Assembly: GCA_044225555.1 (NCBI GenBank)
Contig: JBGAIM010000004.1
Span: 47,828 to 111,827 of the forward strand
Reading direction: 5' to 3'
DNA: 64,000 nucleotides
DNA from: Limisphaerales bacterium
Lineage (GTDB): Bacteria > Verrucomicrobiota > Verrucomicrobiia > Limisphaerales > JADLHS01
Shown: positions 28,142-37,030 of the stretch, one piece after another
How the letters are laid out: each line of letters starts with the position of its first letter
Numbering within the stretch: position 1 is the first letter of the stretch
Notes under the pieces: model-generated
What the model was told of the DNA's origin: nothing
Database searches by the model: none
What the model saw: the letters and a program-made list of their open reading frames with translations, nothing else
Translations under genes and position numbers: made by a program

Positions 28142-29101
28142 TCAACGTGACGGCACACTCTTTGGCCGCACGGGAACCGGTACGTTCCCAATTTCAATCC
28201 GCCCGGTGGTCACCGTGAACCAGTCCTCACGCCGGTTGCGGCGCGATTCGATCAACGCCTTGAACGTCGCCGTGTCCGTTCGCATGATCTCCAGTTCCGT
28301 GCGCTGCGACTCGGGCACATCCGCGGCCACGCGCACCGCCTGGAGCGGCACCCGCTGCTCCGCCTTCTCGTAAAAACCCAGCGGACCAGTACCGCGTGGC
28401 AACGTCGAAAGTAGTTCAATCCCCTGAACCACGCGCCCGAGCAAGGTGTCGTTGCGATCCAGGTGCCTCGGCGCATGGCCGATCACCACAAATAACTCCG
28501 TTCCGCCACCGCTGTCGGGAGCATTGTCGCGTCCCGCACCCAACATCCCGTAACGATGCACCAGCCACATCTTGCCGCTGCGCCGGTCCCGCGCCACCGG
28601 AAAGCCGCTGGTGAATCCGACTTCTTCCGCATACACGTCGCCATCGGGCAGTCGGGTAAACGGAAGCTTGGAATCAAGCACGCGCTCGAACTCAGCGGGC
28701 AACGTGCGTTGCGCGTGCTGGATTTTACGTGCGAGTTCCGGTTTCTCCGCATTGGGGTCACCCCATTGCACCACGTAATTGTCCTGCACCCGGACAATTG
28801 CCAGCCCGTCATAATAATGCTCTCGCGCCAGGGCCTTCACATTGGCGACATGCTTCGGCGCGAACGCCGGTGCCAACTCAATCACGACGCGGCCCGTGGT
28901 CAACTCCAGGTAAAGGGTGTTTTCAGGATCAAGCGACCGCCAATCGCCCGGTTTGGATGCCGCCAACACTTCCGCCATGACCGGCCCGCTCCGTTTCGGC
29001 GGTTCTGCGGCGCGCGTGGTTTCGTTGGCCAAGACCATGACCATGAATGCCACCAGACTGCCAAGCGAGGAGGTTTGCTTCCGGGTGAGAGTTGGATTCA
29101 T
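28142..29101 (-). CDS. cyclophilin-type peptidyl-prolyl cis-trans isomerase (secreted)
   Basis: [44 protein letters not shown]. Its start overlaps the upstream stop by ATGA. Confidence 0.8.
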   Translation of the reverse strand: MNPTLTRKQTSSLGSLVAFMVMVLANETTRAAEPPKRSGPVMAEVLAASKPGDWRSLDPENTLYLELTTGRVVIELAPAFAPKHVANVKALAREHYYDGLAIVRVQDNYVVQWGDPNAEKPELARKIQHAQRTLPAEFERVLDSKLPFTRLPDGDVYAEEVGFTSGFPVARDRRSGKMWLVHRYGMLGAGRDNAPDSGGGTELFVVIGHAPRHLDRNDTLLGRVVQGIELLSTLPRGTGPLGFYEKAEQRVPLQAVRVAADVPESQRTELEIMRTDTATFKALIESRRNRREDWFTVTTGRIEIGNVPVPVRPKSVPSR

Positions 29102-29787
29102 AGGTCCGACATGTCCGGTGAAATGACGCGAGGTTTCTCGGAAAGTGTCACCTCAGGGTTTTCCTTCACGAGGTCTTTTTCCAGTTTCAGTTTCACCCAG
29201 CCTTTCTTGTCCGCCGTGTATTTGCGCCGGCCCGCTGCGGTGGCGATTTCGACGGTGGCCTTCTCCGCGCTGGCTTCCGGAAAGAAGAAAATCACGCCCT
29301 CAATTTTTGGCGCGAACAGGGACAGCATGCCGGCCTGCGCCTTGATGGCCTTGTTCATTTCCGCAACGCCATCGCCCAGCCGCTGATAGCGGAACGTCAA
29401 GGCTTCCGGCACCGGTAGCTGCATGCTGACCCAGAGTCTCAGCGAGCCTTTGGGTTGGTTGGAAACAACGCCGGGATTCTCGCGACGCAGTTCCTTCGTT
29501 TGGGGAAAACCGAGGATCTGCCCATTCGTGCCGAGCGTCACCGGAATCAAGCCCTTGGTAGCGCTCTTGATCGTAAGGCTCATGTCCGCAGATGACACGG
29601 CTTTGTTGTTGGATATGACGGACACCTGAACCTCAAGCTTGGTCCGATCCAGACTGGCGATGGCTCGAATCATGTCGTCCAGAACCTTGTAAGGAATCAC
29701 CGCATTGGTTTCAGCGGCGCACACCCGGCAGGTGTCAGCTCCCAGCAGAAATGCAAGGGTTGCAAGCAAGGCTGGCGCTCGGTTCAT
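29098..29787 (-). CDS. hypothetical secreted protein
   Basis: 229-aa ORF with a signal peptide (MNRAPALLATLAFLLGADTCRVCAAE). Translationally coupled to the PPIase gene. Confidence 0.5.
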   Translation of the reverse strand: MNRAPALLATLAFLLGADTCRVCAAETNAVIPYKVLDDMIRAIASLDRTKLEVQVSVISNNKAVSSADMSLTIKSATKGLIPVTLGTNGQILGFPQTKELRRENPGVVSNQPKGSLRLWVSMQLPVPEALTFRYQRLGDGVAEMNKAIKAQAGMLSLFAPKIEGVIFFFPEASAEKATVEIATAAGRRKYTADKKGWVKLKLEKDLVKENPEVTLSEKPRVISPDMSDL

Positions 29788-29899
29788 GACTCAATCGCTA
29801 CCGCAAGCGCCTTCGGGAAACAAGCCACAAACGCCACCGGTCACTGGCGACGTTGGCAGCCTGCCCTCCCCGGCTGACCGGCCAGTCGCACGAGCCACA

Positions 29900-30970
29900 T
29901 CACAACGGAACCAAGCGCCGAAAGCCATGGCCGAGGACCACCACCAAAAACAGCAGGTTTCGCAAGAGCAGTCCGGGCCAAAACAACGGCACCGGCCCGA
30001 ACGCACCACCGGCGACCTTCTGTTCAGCCAGCCTCGCGCCAACGCGCTCCATAAAGCCGACCGAACGCGGCCAGTCCGCGATGCCGTCGAGCCACTCCCC
30101 GGGGATACCTCGTTTCCCGACCGACGCCCCGGTCATCGCGCCAAGAACCGCCCCGACCGTGTCGGTGTCACCTCCGCACTCCAGCGCGGAAATCAAAGCC
30201 GTGCGAAAATCGTCGGGGTGACGCAACCAAGCATAAATCGCCACCGGCACCACGTGGAGCGAGTAACCAGTGACGCCGCTTGCGAGGCCGAGGGTGCGGA
30301 CGAACTCCGACACGGATAAATTGGCGGCCAGCGCGGACTCAACTCGGGCCAGAATAGCCTGCCACTCGGTTTCTTCGGAAAGACGTCGTAACCGTTCAAG
30401 CACCCGCACGCCCAGCGAGCTGGCCGGAGTTCGCACTGCCAACGCCACACATTCAGCCACCGCCAGTGCAGCGGTTTCCGCCTGCCACCCTCGATGCGTC
30501 AGACGTGAGGAGGCGAAAACAAATTCCCTCCTTCGTTCCGCGTCGTCCGCAAAATACGCCCCAAGGATGCTGCTGCGCATCGCCGGCCCGCTCCCCGCCG
30601 AGGTGACAGCCGCCCGGCTCGAAGGAAATCCGATCCACAATCGGATACACGCTTTGGCCGTGGCCAATCCCACCCCGCCCGGCAGACCGGCAAACCACCA
30701 GCGAAATTTCCACGCGAGTGCGCATTGAAAAGCCGCCGCCTCATCGGGATGGGCCAGCAAAGCTTGTGCGACCATCAACGTGTGCTCCGTATCGTCGCTG
30801 ATCATGCCGCGCCCAAACACTAAACGCATGCGCCACTCACCCTTCCATCGCTTTCGGATTTTTTCGGGCGACAGGTTCTCGGCGGGCAATCCCAGCGCAT
30901 CACCCACGGCAGTCCCGAGCAATACCCCGGCAAGGCGATCATCTAACGTCAATGGAGGAGATTCAGGCAC
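29900..30970 (-). CDS. ADP-ribosylglycohydrolase (ARH/DraG) family protein with hydrophobic C-terminal tail
   Basis: GTAVGDALGLP, ISDDTEHT and GGDTDTVGAVLGAMTGA motifs. The track start (31015) is TTG. GTG 30970 gives an 8-nt overlap with the upstream stop, so the start is uncertain. Confidence 0.7.
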   Translation of the reverse strand: MPESPPLTLDDRLAGVLLGTAVGDALGLPAENLSPEKIRKRWKGEWRMRLVFGRGMISDDTEHTLMVAQALLAHPDEAAAFQCALAWKFRWWFAGLPGGVGLATAKACIRLWIGFPSSRAAVTSAGSGPAMRSSILGAYFADDAERRREFVFASSRLTHRGWQAETAALAVAECVALAVRTPASSLGVRVLERLRRLSEETEWQAILARVESALAANLSVSEFVRTLGLASGVTGYSLHVVPVAIYAWLRHPDDFRTALISALECGGDTDTVGAVLGAMTGASVGKRGIPGEWLDGIADWPRSVGFMERVGARLAEQKVAGGAFGPVPLFWPGLLLRNLLFLVVVLGHGFRRLVPL

Positions 30971-31970
30971 GATCTCTCCCGATGAAATACAGCCCGGCGT
31001 AGACTTTTGGGTCAATCAACACACCAGCCTTGGCCTTCGCCACGAGCCACGAATCTATCTCGCTGAGGGAAACTTCGTGCACAGTGATGTCTTCGTGCGC
31101 CACGCCACCACCCGCGCCCACCCGCCGCAACTTGGTAGCACGGAACAGGGTCACGACCTCCGAACCCAACCCGGCGGAAGCCGGACCATGGGTCAGGGCC
31201 TCAATTTGTCCCGCCTCGTATCCCGTCTCCTCCGCCAATTCGCGCCCGGCCGCCTCCGCGTGGGATTCATCACTGCTACCCGGTTCATCGCCAATGATGC
31301 CAGCCGGTAATTCAATCGTGCGGGCGTGAACCGGAATTCGATACTGCTCGACGAGAAGAATCTTCTGCTCCTCAGTTACCGCAGCGATGATGGCCGCGCC
31401 GGTGGCGTTGGTGCGATGCGCATATTCCCAACGCCCCTCTTTGATCAGGGCCAAGAATTTTCCGGCAAACAGCGGCTGCCCATTCTGAGGGATCCTGCTA
31501 TGGGCCAGACGCTGGCGCACCGTTTGAATCAACTCCGACAAGCTGCCCACCAGAGGCACGCCGTAACGCTGGCAAACCATGGCGACATTGCCCTTGCGCC
31601 AATAGCCGTCCGGGCAGGAAACGATCAGCTTGCCAGTGCGCGCATAGAGTCCGAGTTCGAGGAGCGAGACGGGGGCGCGCGATTCCGGAGCGAGGTGCAA
31701 GGCAATCAGATCGGCACGCTCCAATCCGGCCAATTCCCAGTCCACTTGCTCGCGAAACTCGGGAACATCCGCGCTCTGCACAACCGTTGCGCGCCATTCA
31801 TCGCGGCGGGGATTTAGAAAGGTGACCGTCTCCGCATCGAAGGCGGCAATGAACTGCTTTTGCCATTCAAGGGCCGCGCCCTCATCAATTGAGCCTGCGA
31901 GAAAGACTGCGGGCGCTTCAAACTCGGAAGGCAGGGGTTGCGGAGCGGTGATAACGGTTCTCATTGGCAT
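30963..31970 (-). CDS. fusion: nucleoside 2-deoxyribosyltransferase-like domain + Nudix hydrolase (ADP-ribose pyrophosphatase-like)
   Basis: N-terminus VFLAGSID..WELAGLERADLIALHL..SLLELGLYA (Nuc_deoxyri_tr2-like). C-terminal Nudix box GIIGDEPGSSDESHAEAAGRELAEETGY. The alternative ATG 31964 gives an ATGA overlap with pncA. Confidence 0.7.
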   Translation of the reverse strand: MPMRTVITAPQPLPSEFEAPAVFLAGSIDEGAALEWQKQFIAAFDAETVTFLNPRRDEWRATVVQSADVPEFREQVDWELAGLERADLIALHLAPESRAPVSLLELGLYARTGKLIVSCPDGYWRKGNVAMVCQRYGVPLVGSLSELIQTVRQRLAHSRIPQNGQPLFAGKFLALIKEGRWEYAHRTNATGAAIIAAVTEEQKILLVEQYRIPVHARTIELPAGIIGDEPGSSDESHAEAAGRELAEETGYEAGQIEALTHGPASAGLGSEVVTLFRATKLRRVGAGGGVAHEDITVHEVSLSEIDSWLVAKAKAGVLIDPKVYAGLYFIGRDRA

Positions 31971-32593
31971 CCTCCGTCGTTCAATAGCTCCGCGCTTTGC
32001 ACCACGGTGATTCCCGCACGTTGCATCTCGACGATGGCGTTCGGAACATCAGTGGGACGCAGGTTCACGCCCCGGCTGGCATCTTCGATGAAGTAGGTTT
32101 TGAACCCCATCTGCGCAGCATCCAGTGCCGTGAACTTCACGCAGTAGTCTGTCGCCAGGCCGCAGACGAATACTTCCGTAACGCCCTGCGCCTTGAGCCA
32201 CTCGCCCAACCCCGTGGATTTGCGATGCCCGTTGTCGAACAGCCCGCTGTAGCTATCAATTCCCACCTCCGTGCCCTTCGGAAAAACCTTAGCGATGCGT
32301 TCCCCTTTTAGTGTCGCCGCCAGCTCCGCCCCGTGACTGTCCTGAACACAATGCACCGGCCACAACGTCTGCGGCAGACCATTCAATTCAATCTGCGCGA
32401 ACACACTCTGCCCCGGGTGACTGGCGGCGAAGCTGCCATGGTTGGCCGGATGCCAGTCCTGCGTCGCGACCACAAGCGGAAACACGGCCTGCAATTGGTT
32501 CACCACGGGAATGATTCTGTCGCCATCCGGCACGGCCAGTGCGCCCCCGGGCAGGAAGTCGTTTTGAATATCCACTAGGATGAATGCTTTCAT
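31961..32593 (-). CDS. pncA: nicotinamidase / pyrazinamidase
   Basis: Isochorismatase-fold motifs ILVDIQNDFLPGGALAV, QDWHPANHGSF and VCGLATDYCV. Confidence 0.85.
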   Translation of the reverse strand: MKAFILVDIQNDFLPGGALAVPDGDRIIPVVNQLQAVFPLVVATQDWHPANHGSFAASHPGQSVFAQIELNGLPQTLWPVHCVQDSHGAELAATLKGERIAKVFPKGTEVGIDSYSGLFDNGHRKSTGLGEWLKAQGVTEVFVCGLATDYCVKFTALDAAQMGFKTYFIEDASRGVNLRPTDVPNAIVEMQRAGITVVQSAELLNDGGCQ

Positions 32594-33135
32594 GGGAAAT
32601 CAATGAATTGAGGTGGAACCTGAGCCACGAGCCAGACACCATTCGCCGAACAGAGAAACTCGTGGCCGGCGCGATGCATTTCGCCGGCGCGAATCGTCAG
32701 CAACACCGGCTTACCGTGCCGACCACCGACTTGCAGCGTGACCTTGGTTTCCGCCGAGAGATGCACATCGTGTCGGCCCATCTTGTTCAACCCATCTCTG
32801 CGGATACCGTCGAGAAAACGCGTCGCCGTGCCATGATACAAAATCTCCGGTGGCTTCTGTGGGGCATACTGCAAATCCACTTCCACTGAATGCCCTTGAT
32901 TCGCGCGAATGCGTTGGCCGTCCTCGCTGAACGCAAAGCGTTTCTTGTCGCTCGTCGCGACGAGGTGTTTGAGTTGATCAAGCGTCAGCGGCGTGCCGTG
33001 CCGGTTTACGGCTGCTAGCATTTCGTTTACATCTACCCATCCCGCCTCTCCCAATTTCAACCCCACCGTCTCCGGTTCGTGCCGTAGAATCAGGCTGAGG
33101 AATTTGCTGGTTCTGATGGTTTCTTTTTCTGTCAT
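32590..33135 (-). CDS. kptA: RNA 2'-phosphotransferase (Tpt1/KptA)
   Basis: SKFLSLILRHEP, IRANQGHS, LYHGT and HLS motifs. ATG 33135 overlaps the upstream stop (ATGA); the track start 33165 is GTG. Confidence 0.85.
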   Translation of the reverse strand: MTEKETIRTSKFLSLILRHEPETVGLKLGEAGWVDVNEMLAAVNRHGTPLTLDQLKHLVATSDKKRFAFSEDGQRIRANQGHSVEVDLQYAPQKPPEILYHGTATRFLDGIRRDGLNKMGRHDVHLSAETKVTLQVGGRHGKPVLLTIRAGEMHRAGHEFLCSANGVWLVAQVPPQFIDFP

Positions 33136-34472
33136 AACTGAATTCTTTCTCTCGCCATCAGCCACTCGCTTGGAATGTTATTTCCTCCGGCACTCAAGGC
33201 GACAATGCCGCCGACGATGGCAGCGTTCGTATCGCAATCTCCACCAACGCTGATCGTCGGTCCCAACGCCTCTACAAAACTGTTCAAATGATGTGCGGCC
33301 AACCAGATGCAGAACGGCACGGTATCGGGCGCGGTGACCAGCGAGCCATTGCCAAGGGCTCGAGCAACTTCAACGGTCGGAATTTCCGGAGGGGTAGTGC
33401 TTGCCAGGAAAACGCCTCGACGCACTTTACTCTCAGGCGTGTGCTGAAGGACCGCATCAAAGAGTCGTCGCGTTTGGTCTGCCCTTGGTGCATCTCTGAG
33501 TTGCCACGCCATTGCTGCAGCGACAGCGACAGCAATCGCGCCGGCCACAGCTTCTGGATGAGTGTGCGTGACAACTGATGAAGCTCGCGCCTCTGCGGCA
33601 CAACGTTCCAAATCATCGGCAAAGTAAGCGCCTAACGGTGCAACCCGCATGGCGCTCCCGTTGCCCATCGAACCTTGCCCGCCAAAAGCATTGGCCGCCA
33701 TGTCACGCCACTTTGCCCCGGCGGTGATTTCCCGCATTTGGATGCGCGTCATGCTGCCGTAGCCGCGCTCGGGGTCGCGCTCGAAACGCCGGGCAAAACG
33801 TTTGGCCAGCGCATCCTGATCAATCCGACCGTGCGACTTGAGCACATGCACGATTGAGATGGCCATCTCCGTATCATCCGTATGAAACCACGGGCCAGCA
33901 GGTAAGTTGTCTTCAGCAAGCCGGCGAGGAGCGGCTTGGGCTTGGTAGCCCAGCATCTCGCCCAGCGCATCGCCCAACCCCAGCCCATCGAGCGACAACT
34001 TCATGCGCTCGACGCGGGCCGCATGATCAGGCGGCAGGTTTGCCTTCCAAGTGTTCGTGTTTCCGTCGAGCAGACGCTTTGCCGCACGCAACCACGATGT
34101 TTCGATCCAGTTAGTCCCAATCGGGCCAACCCGATCTACCATCCAACCGGCGAACCGCAATTCATTGTGCATCGAATAGACGCGGTCTGTGTTCGAGGAA
34201 TGAATCAGCACCGGGCAAACCGGCATGAAGTCACCAAGAAACCTGGCCACATCCACGCCCGTTCCTGGATCAACCGTCGCGCCCGGCATAGGATTCAAAT
34301 CGTGATCGAGCGAAATCAATGCGGTCGTCGGGAAGAACGACTCACATTCGGCGATCATCGAGGGTGCATCACGCCAGACCTTCAACTCAAAGTCGGCGCC
34401 CAGCACTGCAACTGTCTGCTGAAACGCTACGATACGCTCGTCGTTGTCTTCGAGGATGAGGATGGTTTTCAT
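33132..34472 (-). CDS. fusion: receiver-like (cREC-type) domain + ADP-ribosylglycohydrolase
   Basis: N-terminal 120 aa are REC-fold-like (ILILEDND.., [13 protein letters not shown]). The C-terminus carries ARH motifs ([34 protein letters not shown]). Confidence 0.7.
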   Translation of the reverse strand: MKTILILEDNDERIVAFQQTVAVLGADFELKVWRDAPSMIAECESFFPTTALISLDHDLNPMPGATVDPGTGVDVARFLGDFMPVCPVLIHSSNTDRVYSMHNELRFAGWMVDRVGPIGTNWIETSWLRAAKRLLDGNTNTWKANLPPDHAARVERMKLSLDGLGLGDALGEMLGYQAQAAPRRLAEDNLPAGPWFHTDDTEMAISIVHVLKSHGRIDQDALAKRFARRFERDPERGYGSMTRIQMREITAGAKWRDMAANAFGGQGSMGNGSAMRVAPLGAYFADDLERCAAEARASSVVTHTHPEAVAGAIAVAVAAAMAWQLRDAPRADQTRRLFDAVLQHTPESKVRRGVFLASTTPPEIPTVEVARALGNGSLVTAPDTVPFCIWLAAHHLNSFVEALGPTISVGGDCDTNAAIVGGIVALSAGGNNIPSEWLMARERIQL

Positions 34473-34993
34473 TTCGTCTCCTCCCTGACCGCAGCGTGAT
34501 ATGCGGCAAACACTTCATTCGTGAAGCAGGCAAAAACAACGCGCTTAATCTCATGCATGCTCTTTAGCGCGGCGCACGTTTCACGAACTGCGATCCGGGC
34601 GGCTTGGAGAATCGGATATCCATAGACGCCACAACTGATGGCAGGGAATGCGATCGTCTTAACGGCATTCGCTCGCGCGAGTTCAAAACAGTTGCGATAA
34701 CAGGATGCCAAGAGCTCCGGCTCACCGTATCCGCCCCCGTCCCAGACCGGTCCAACGGTGTGGATCACGAATCGCGCAAGCAGTCGATAGCCCTTTGTTA
34801 TCCTGGCTTCACCGGTGGGACAGCCACCCAAGGGGCGACACTCGGCCAACAAATCCGGACCTGCCGCCCGATGAATCGCCCCATCGACCCCGCCACCACC
34901 AAGCAACGACGTGTTTGCCGCATTCACAATCGCATCAACCTCCAGTTTGGTGATGTCCATGCGAGTGATCTCGATGCGATTGCTATTGTTCAT
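34469..34993 (-). CDS. macrodomain protein (YmdB-type O-acetyl-ADP-ribose deacetylase / ADP-ribose-1''-phosphate phosphatase-like)
   Basis: [42 protein letters not shown] and ISCGVYGYP. Confidence 0.85.
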   Translation of the reverse strand: MNNSNRIEITRMDITKLEVDAIVNAANTSLLGGGGVDGAIHRAAGPDLLAECRPLGGCPTGEARITKGYRLLARFVIHTVGPVWDGGGYGEPELLASCYRNCFELARANAVKTIAFPAISCGVYGYPILQAARIAVRETCAALKSMHEIKRVVFACFTNEVFAAYHAAVREETK

Positions 34994-35023
34994 ATGTATT
35001 TTTGCTTAACCGACGATCCTGTC

Positions 35024-35713
35024 TCACAATTCAAAATTGAATCCGCGTTTCTTGAGCTTCTCGTATTTGTCCGCGTCGAATCTGAATAACTGCGCCGGGC
35101 GATGCCGGCCGGTCATCTGCGTTTCCTTGAGCGGAACGAGCAACTCAAAGCCCAGGACCTTTTTGCGGAAGTTGCGCTTGTCCAGGTCCGTGCCAAGCAC
35201 CGCTTCATAAAGATGTTGGAGTTGCGACAGGGTGAACTTCGGCGGCAACAACTCGAAACCGATGGGCTGGTAACGCACCTTGCCTTTGAGTCGCGCCAAA
35301 GCCGTGGCGAGAATTTCGCCGTGATCGAACGCCAACTTCGGCACTTTCGAGACAGGAAACCAACGCGCATCCGCCGCGTCGGTGGCGGCCTTGGTGTCAT
35401 GCGCGGCCAGCTTGACGAGCGCATAATAGGCCACGCTCACGACGCGTTCGCGCGGGTCACGTTTCACCTCGCCGAAGGTATAGAGCTGTTCCAAGAACAC
35501 ATCTTTCAGTCCGGCTTCCTCCTCCAGTTCGCGTCGTGCTGCGTCATCAATGGTTTCATCCACGCGCACGAAACCGCCGGGCAAAGCCCATTTACCTTTG
35601 AACGGATCGAGGGCGCGCTCAATCAGCAGCACCTTGAGCTCACTGTCATCTAGGCCGAAGACGACGCAGTCCACGGTCAGCGCGGCTCGAGGGTATTGGT
35701 AGGTGTGTGGCAT
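35024..35713 (-). CDS. nrtR: NrtR-type Nudix-related transcriptional regulator (Nudix + winged helix)
   Basis: Intact Nudix box ([24 protein letters not shown]) followed by [36 protein letters not shown], as in the NrtR C-terminal wHTH. Confidence 0.75.
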   Translation of the reverse strand: MPHTYQYPRAALTVDCVVFGLDDSELKVLLIERALDPFKGKWALPGGFVRVDETIDDAARRELEEEAGLKDVFLEQLYTFGEVKRDPRERVVSVAYYALVKLAAHDTKAATDAADARWFPVSKVPKLAFDHGEILATALARLKGKVRYQPIGFELLPPKFTLSQLQHLYEAVLGTDLDKRNFRKKVLGFELLVPLKETQMTGRHRPAQLFRFDADKYEKLKKRGFNFEL

Positions 35714-35719
35714 AAGCGG

Positions 35720-36190
35720 TTAATGTGTAGTTTGCTTCGCGGTCGGTTCAGTGTTCAAAGTCAGTTCGGCGCGGAGTTCCATGAGCAAAATTCCCAGCCG
35801 GTTCTTCCCTGTGCCATCACCGCCGTCCGCCCAGTAGCTGTCATTCCGGGTGTGCTCGACCAGTTCCGCATCCCCGGTCGAGAGCAGCAGCGATTTGAGT
35901 TTGGGATGTTGTTCGAACTTGGCCCTTAAGGCCGCGCGCATCACATCATCCTTCACAGCCTCCCAATCCGCCCGCAACGGCAGCGCGCGACTCCGACCCA
36001 GTTTTGCCGCCAGCGACGGGGTCGTGGCATTGCGCACGGCTTCCTCGTGTTCCGTGCCGGCGAACTTCTGGGCTTGGAAATAGTGTTCCGAGGTCGGCCA
36101 CAACCGCCCGTTCAACGTGAATGGGTGGGCCGAGAAGTTGGAAAACTCCCCGTAGGAATCGTTTTGACGATAGAAAAGTATTTGCTTCAT
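35720..36190 (-). CDS. NADAR (YbiA/DUF1768) family protein
   Basis: ATG 36190 (MKQILFYRQ). YGEFSNFS, WPTSEHYFQAQKF and the ELVEHT..DSYWADG motif. Confidence 0.8.
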   Translation of the reverse strand: MKQILFYRQNDSYGEFSNFSAHPFTLNGRLWPTSEHYFQAQKFAGTEHEEAVRNATTPSLAAKLGRSRALPLRADWEAVKDDVMRAALRAKFEQHPKLKSLLLSTGDAELVEHTRNDSYWADGGDGTGKNRLGILLMELRAELTLNTEPTAKQTTH

Positions 36191-36226
36191 GGCCTTATTT
36201 ATAAGTGTTCTCTTTACACGTTCTAT

Positions 36227-36245
36227 TGTTAGTGTCACACTAACA
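36227..36245. promoter_or_regulatory. perfect 19-bp palindrome TGTTAGTGT-C-ACACTAACA, candidate NrtR operator of the divergon
   Basis: Read directly from the sequence. It lies in the divergent region between the NADAR operon and pnuC. A weaker GTGT-N8-ACAC element lies at 36204-36219. Confidence 0.55.
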
Positions 36246-36247
36246 CT

Positions 36248-37030
36248 ATGTCAAGCGGGAAGCTGAAAAAGGTGAAATTGAGCCATGACCTTGGTAGCCT
36301 GCCGCCCGTGCTTTCCGAGCCAGCGCCAACCGCCAGTCCAGCGACTGTTTGCCCCGTCCGCCCGACCTCAATGTGGTTGGGACTCAAACCATTGGAGGTC
36401 GTCGTAATTTTCGCGGTTTCGATTCTGGTTCTGCTGGCTTCCTATCCGGCTTGGTGGTCAATCAACGTCACCGAGGCGTGGGGATTTGTGACCGGCGGAA
36501 TCTGCGTCTGGCTGGTGGTCCGCGAACACCTCTGGAACTGGCCCATCGGGCTCGCGAACAATGTGTTCTTCTTCGTGCTCTTTCTCCAGAGCCGGTTGTT
36601 CGCCGACATGGGATTGCAGGTGGTTTACTTCGGGCTCGGAGTCTATGGCTGGTTGAACTGGCTCTTCGGAGGTGAACACCGGACGGCGCTGAAGATCAGT
36701 CGCACCACGCGAACCGAATGGCTGGTTTTGCTGGCGGTAATCCCGCTCGGCACTTGGGCGCTGCGGGAGATCCTGATCGCGGTCAACGGGGCAGCGCCAT
36801 TCTGGGATTCACTCACCACGATTCTGAGCCTCGCTGCCCAATACCTGCTGTGCCGGAAGCGCTTCGAGAATTGGTTCTTCTGGATTGCCGCTGACATCGT
36901 TTACATTCCGCTCTATTTCAGCCGACAACTGCCGCTGACAGCGGTGCTGTATGCAGTGTTCCTGACCATGTGTCTCGTCGGCGTGCGCGAATGGAGTCGG
37001 AGCATGCGGAAAGGAGCGACCGTGTCATGA
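36248..37030 (+). CDS. pnuC: nicotinamide riboside transporter PnuC
   Basis: VREHLWNWPIGLANNVFFFVLF..GLGVYGWLNW motifs and multiple TM helices. The alternative ATG 36374 (MWLGLKPLE) would leave a more realistic 183-bp control region. Confidence 0.8.
   Translation: MSSGKLKKVKLSHDLGSLPPVLSEPAPTASPATVCPVRPTSMWLGLKPLEVVVIFAVSILVLLASYPAWWSINVTEAWGFVTGGICVWLVVREHLWNWPIGLANNVFFFVLFLQSRLFADMGLQVVYFGLGVYGWLNWLFGGEHRTALKISRTTRTEWLVLLAVIPLGTWALREILIAVNGAAPFWDSLTTILSLAAQYLLCRKRFENWFFWIAADIVYIPLYFSRQLPLTAVLYAVFLTMCLVGVREWSRSMRKGATVS

Noticed and set aside
36248-36373. The 42-aa N-terminal extension of PnuC as a distinct domain.
   Set aside because: The extension is Pro/Ser-rich and non-hydrophobic, and it starts 2 nt after the operator palindrome. 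It is more likely 5' UTR, with the true start at ATG 36374. I keep the longer coordinates only because I cannot decide without homologue alignment.
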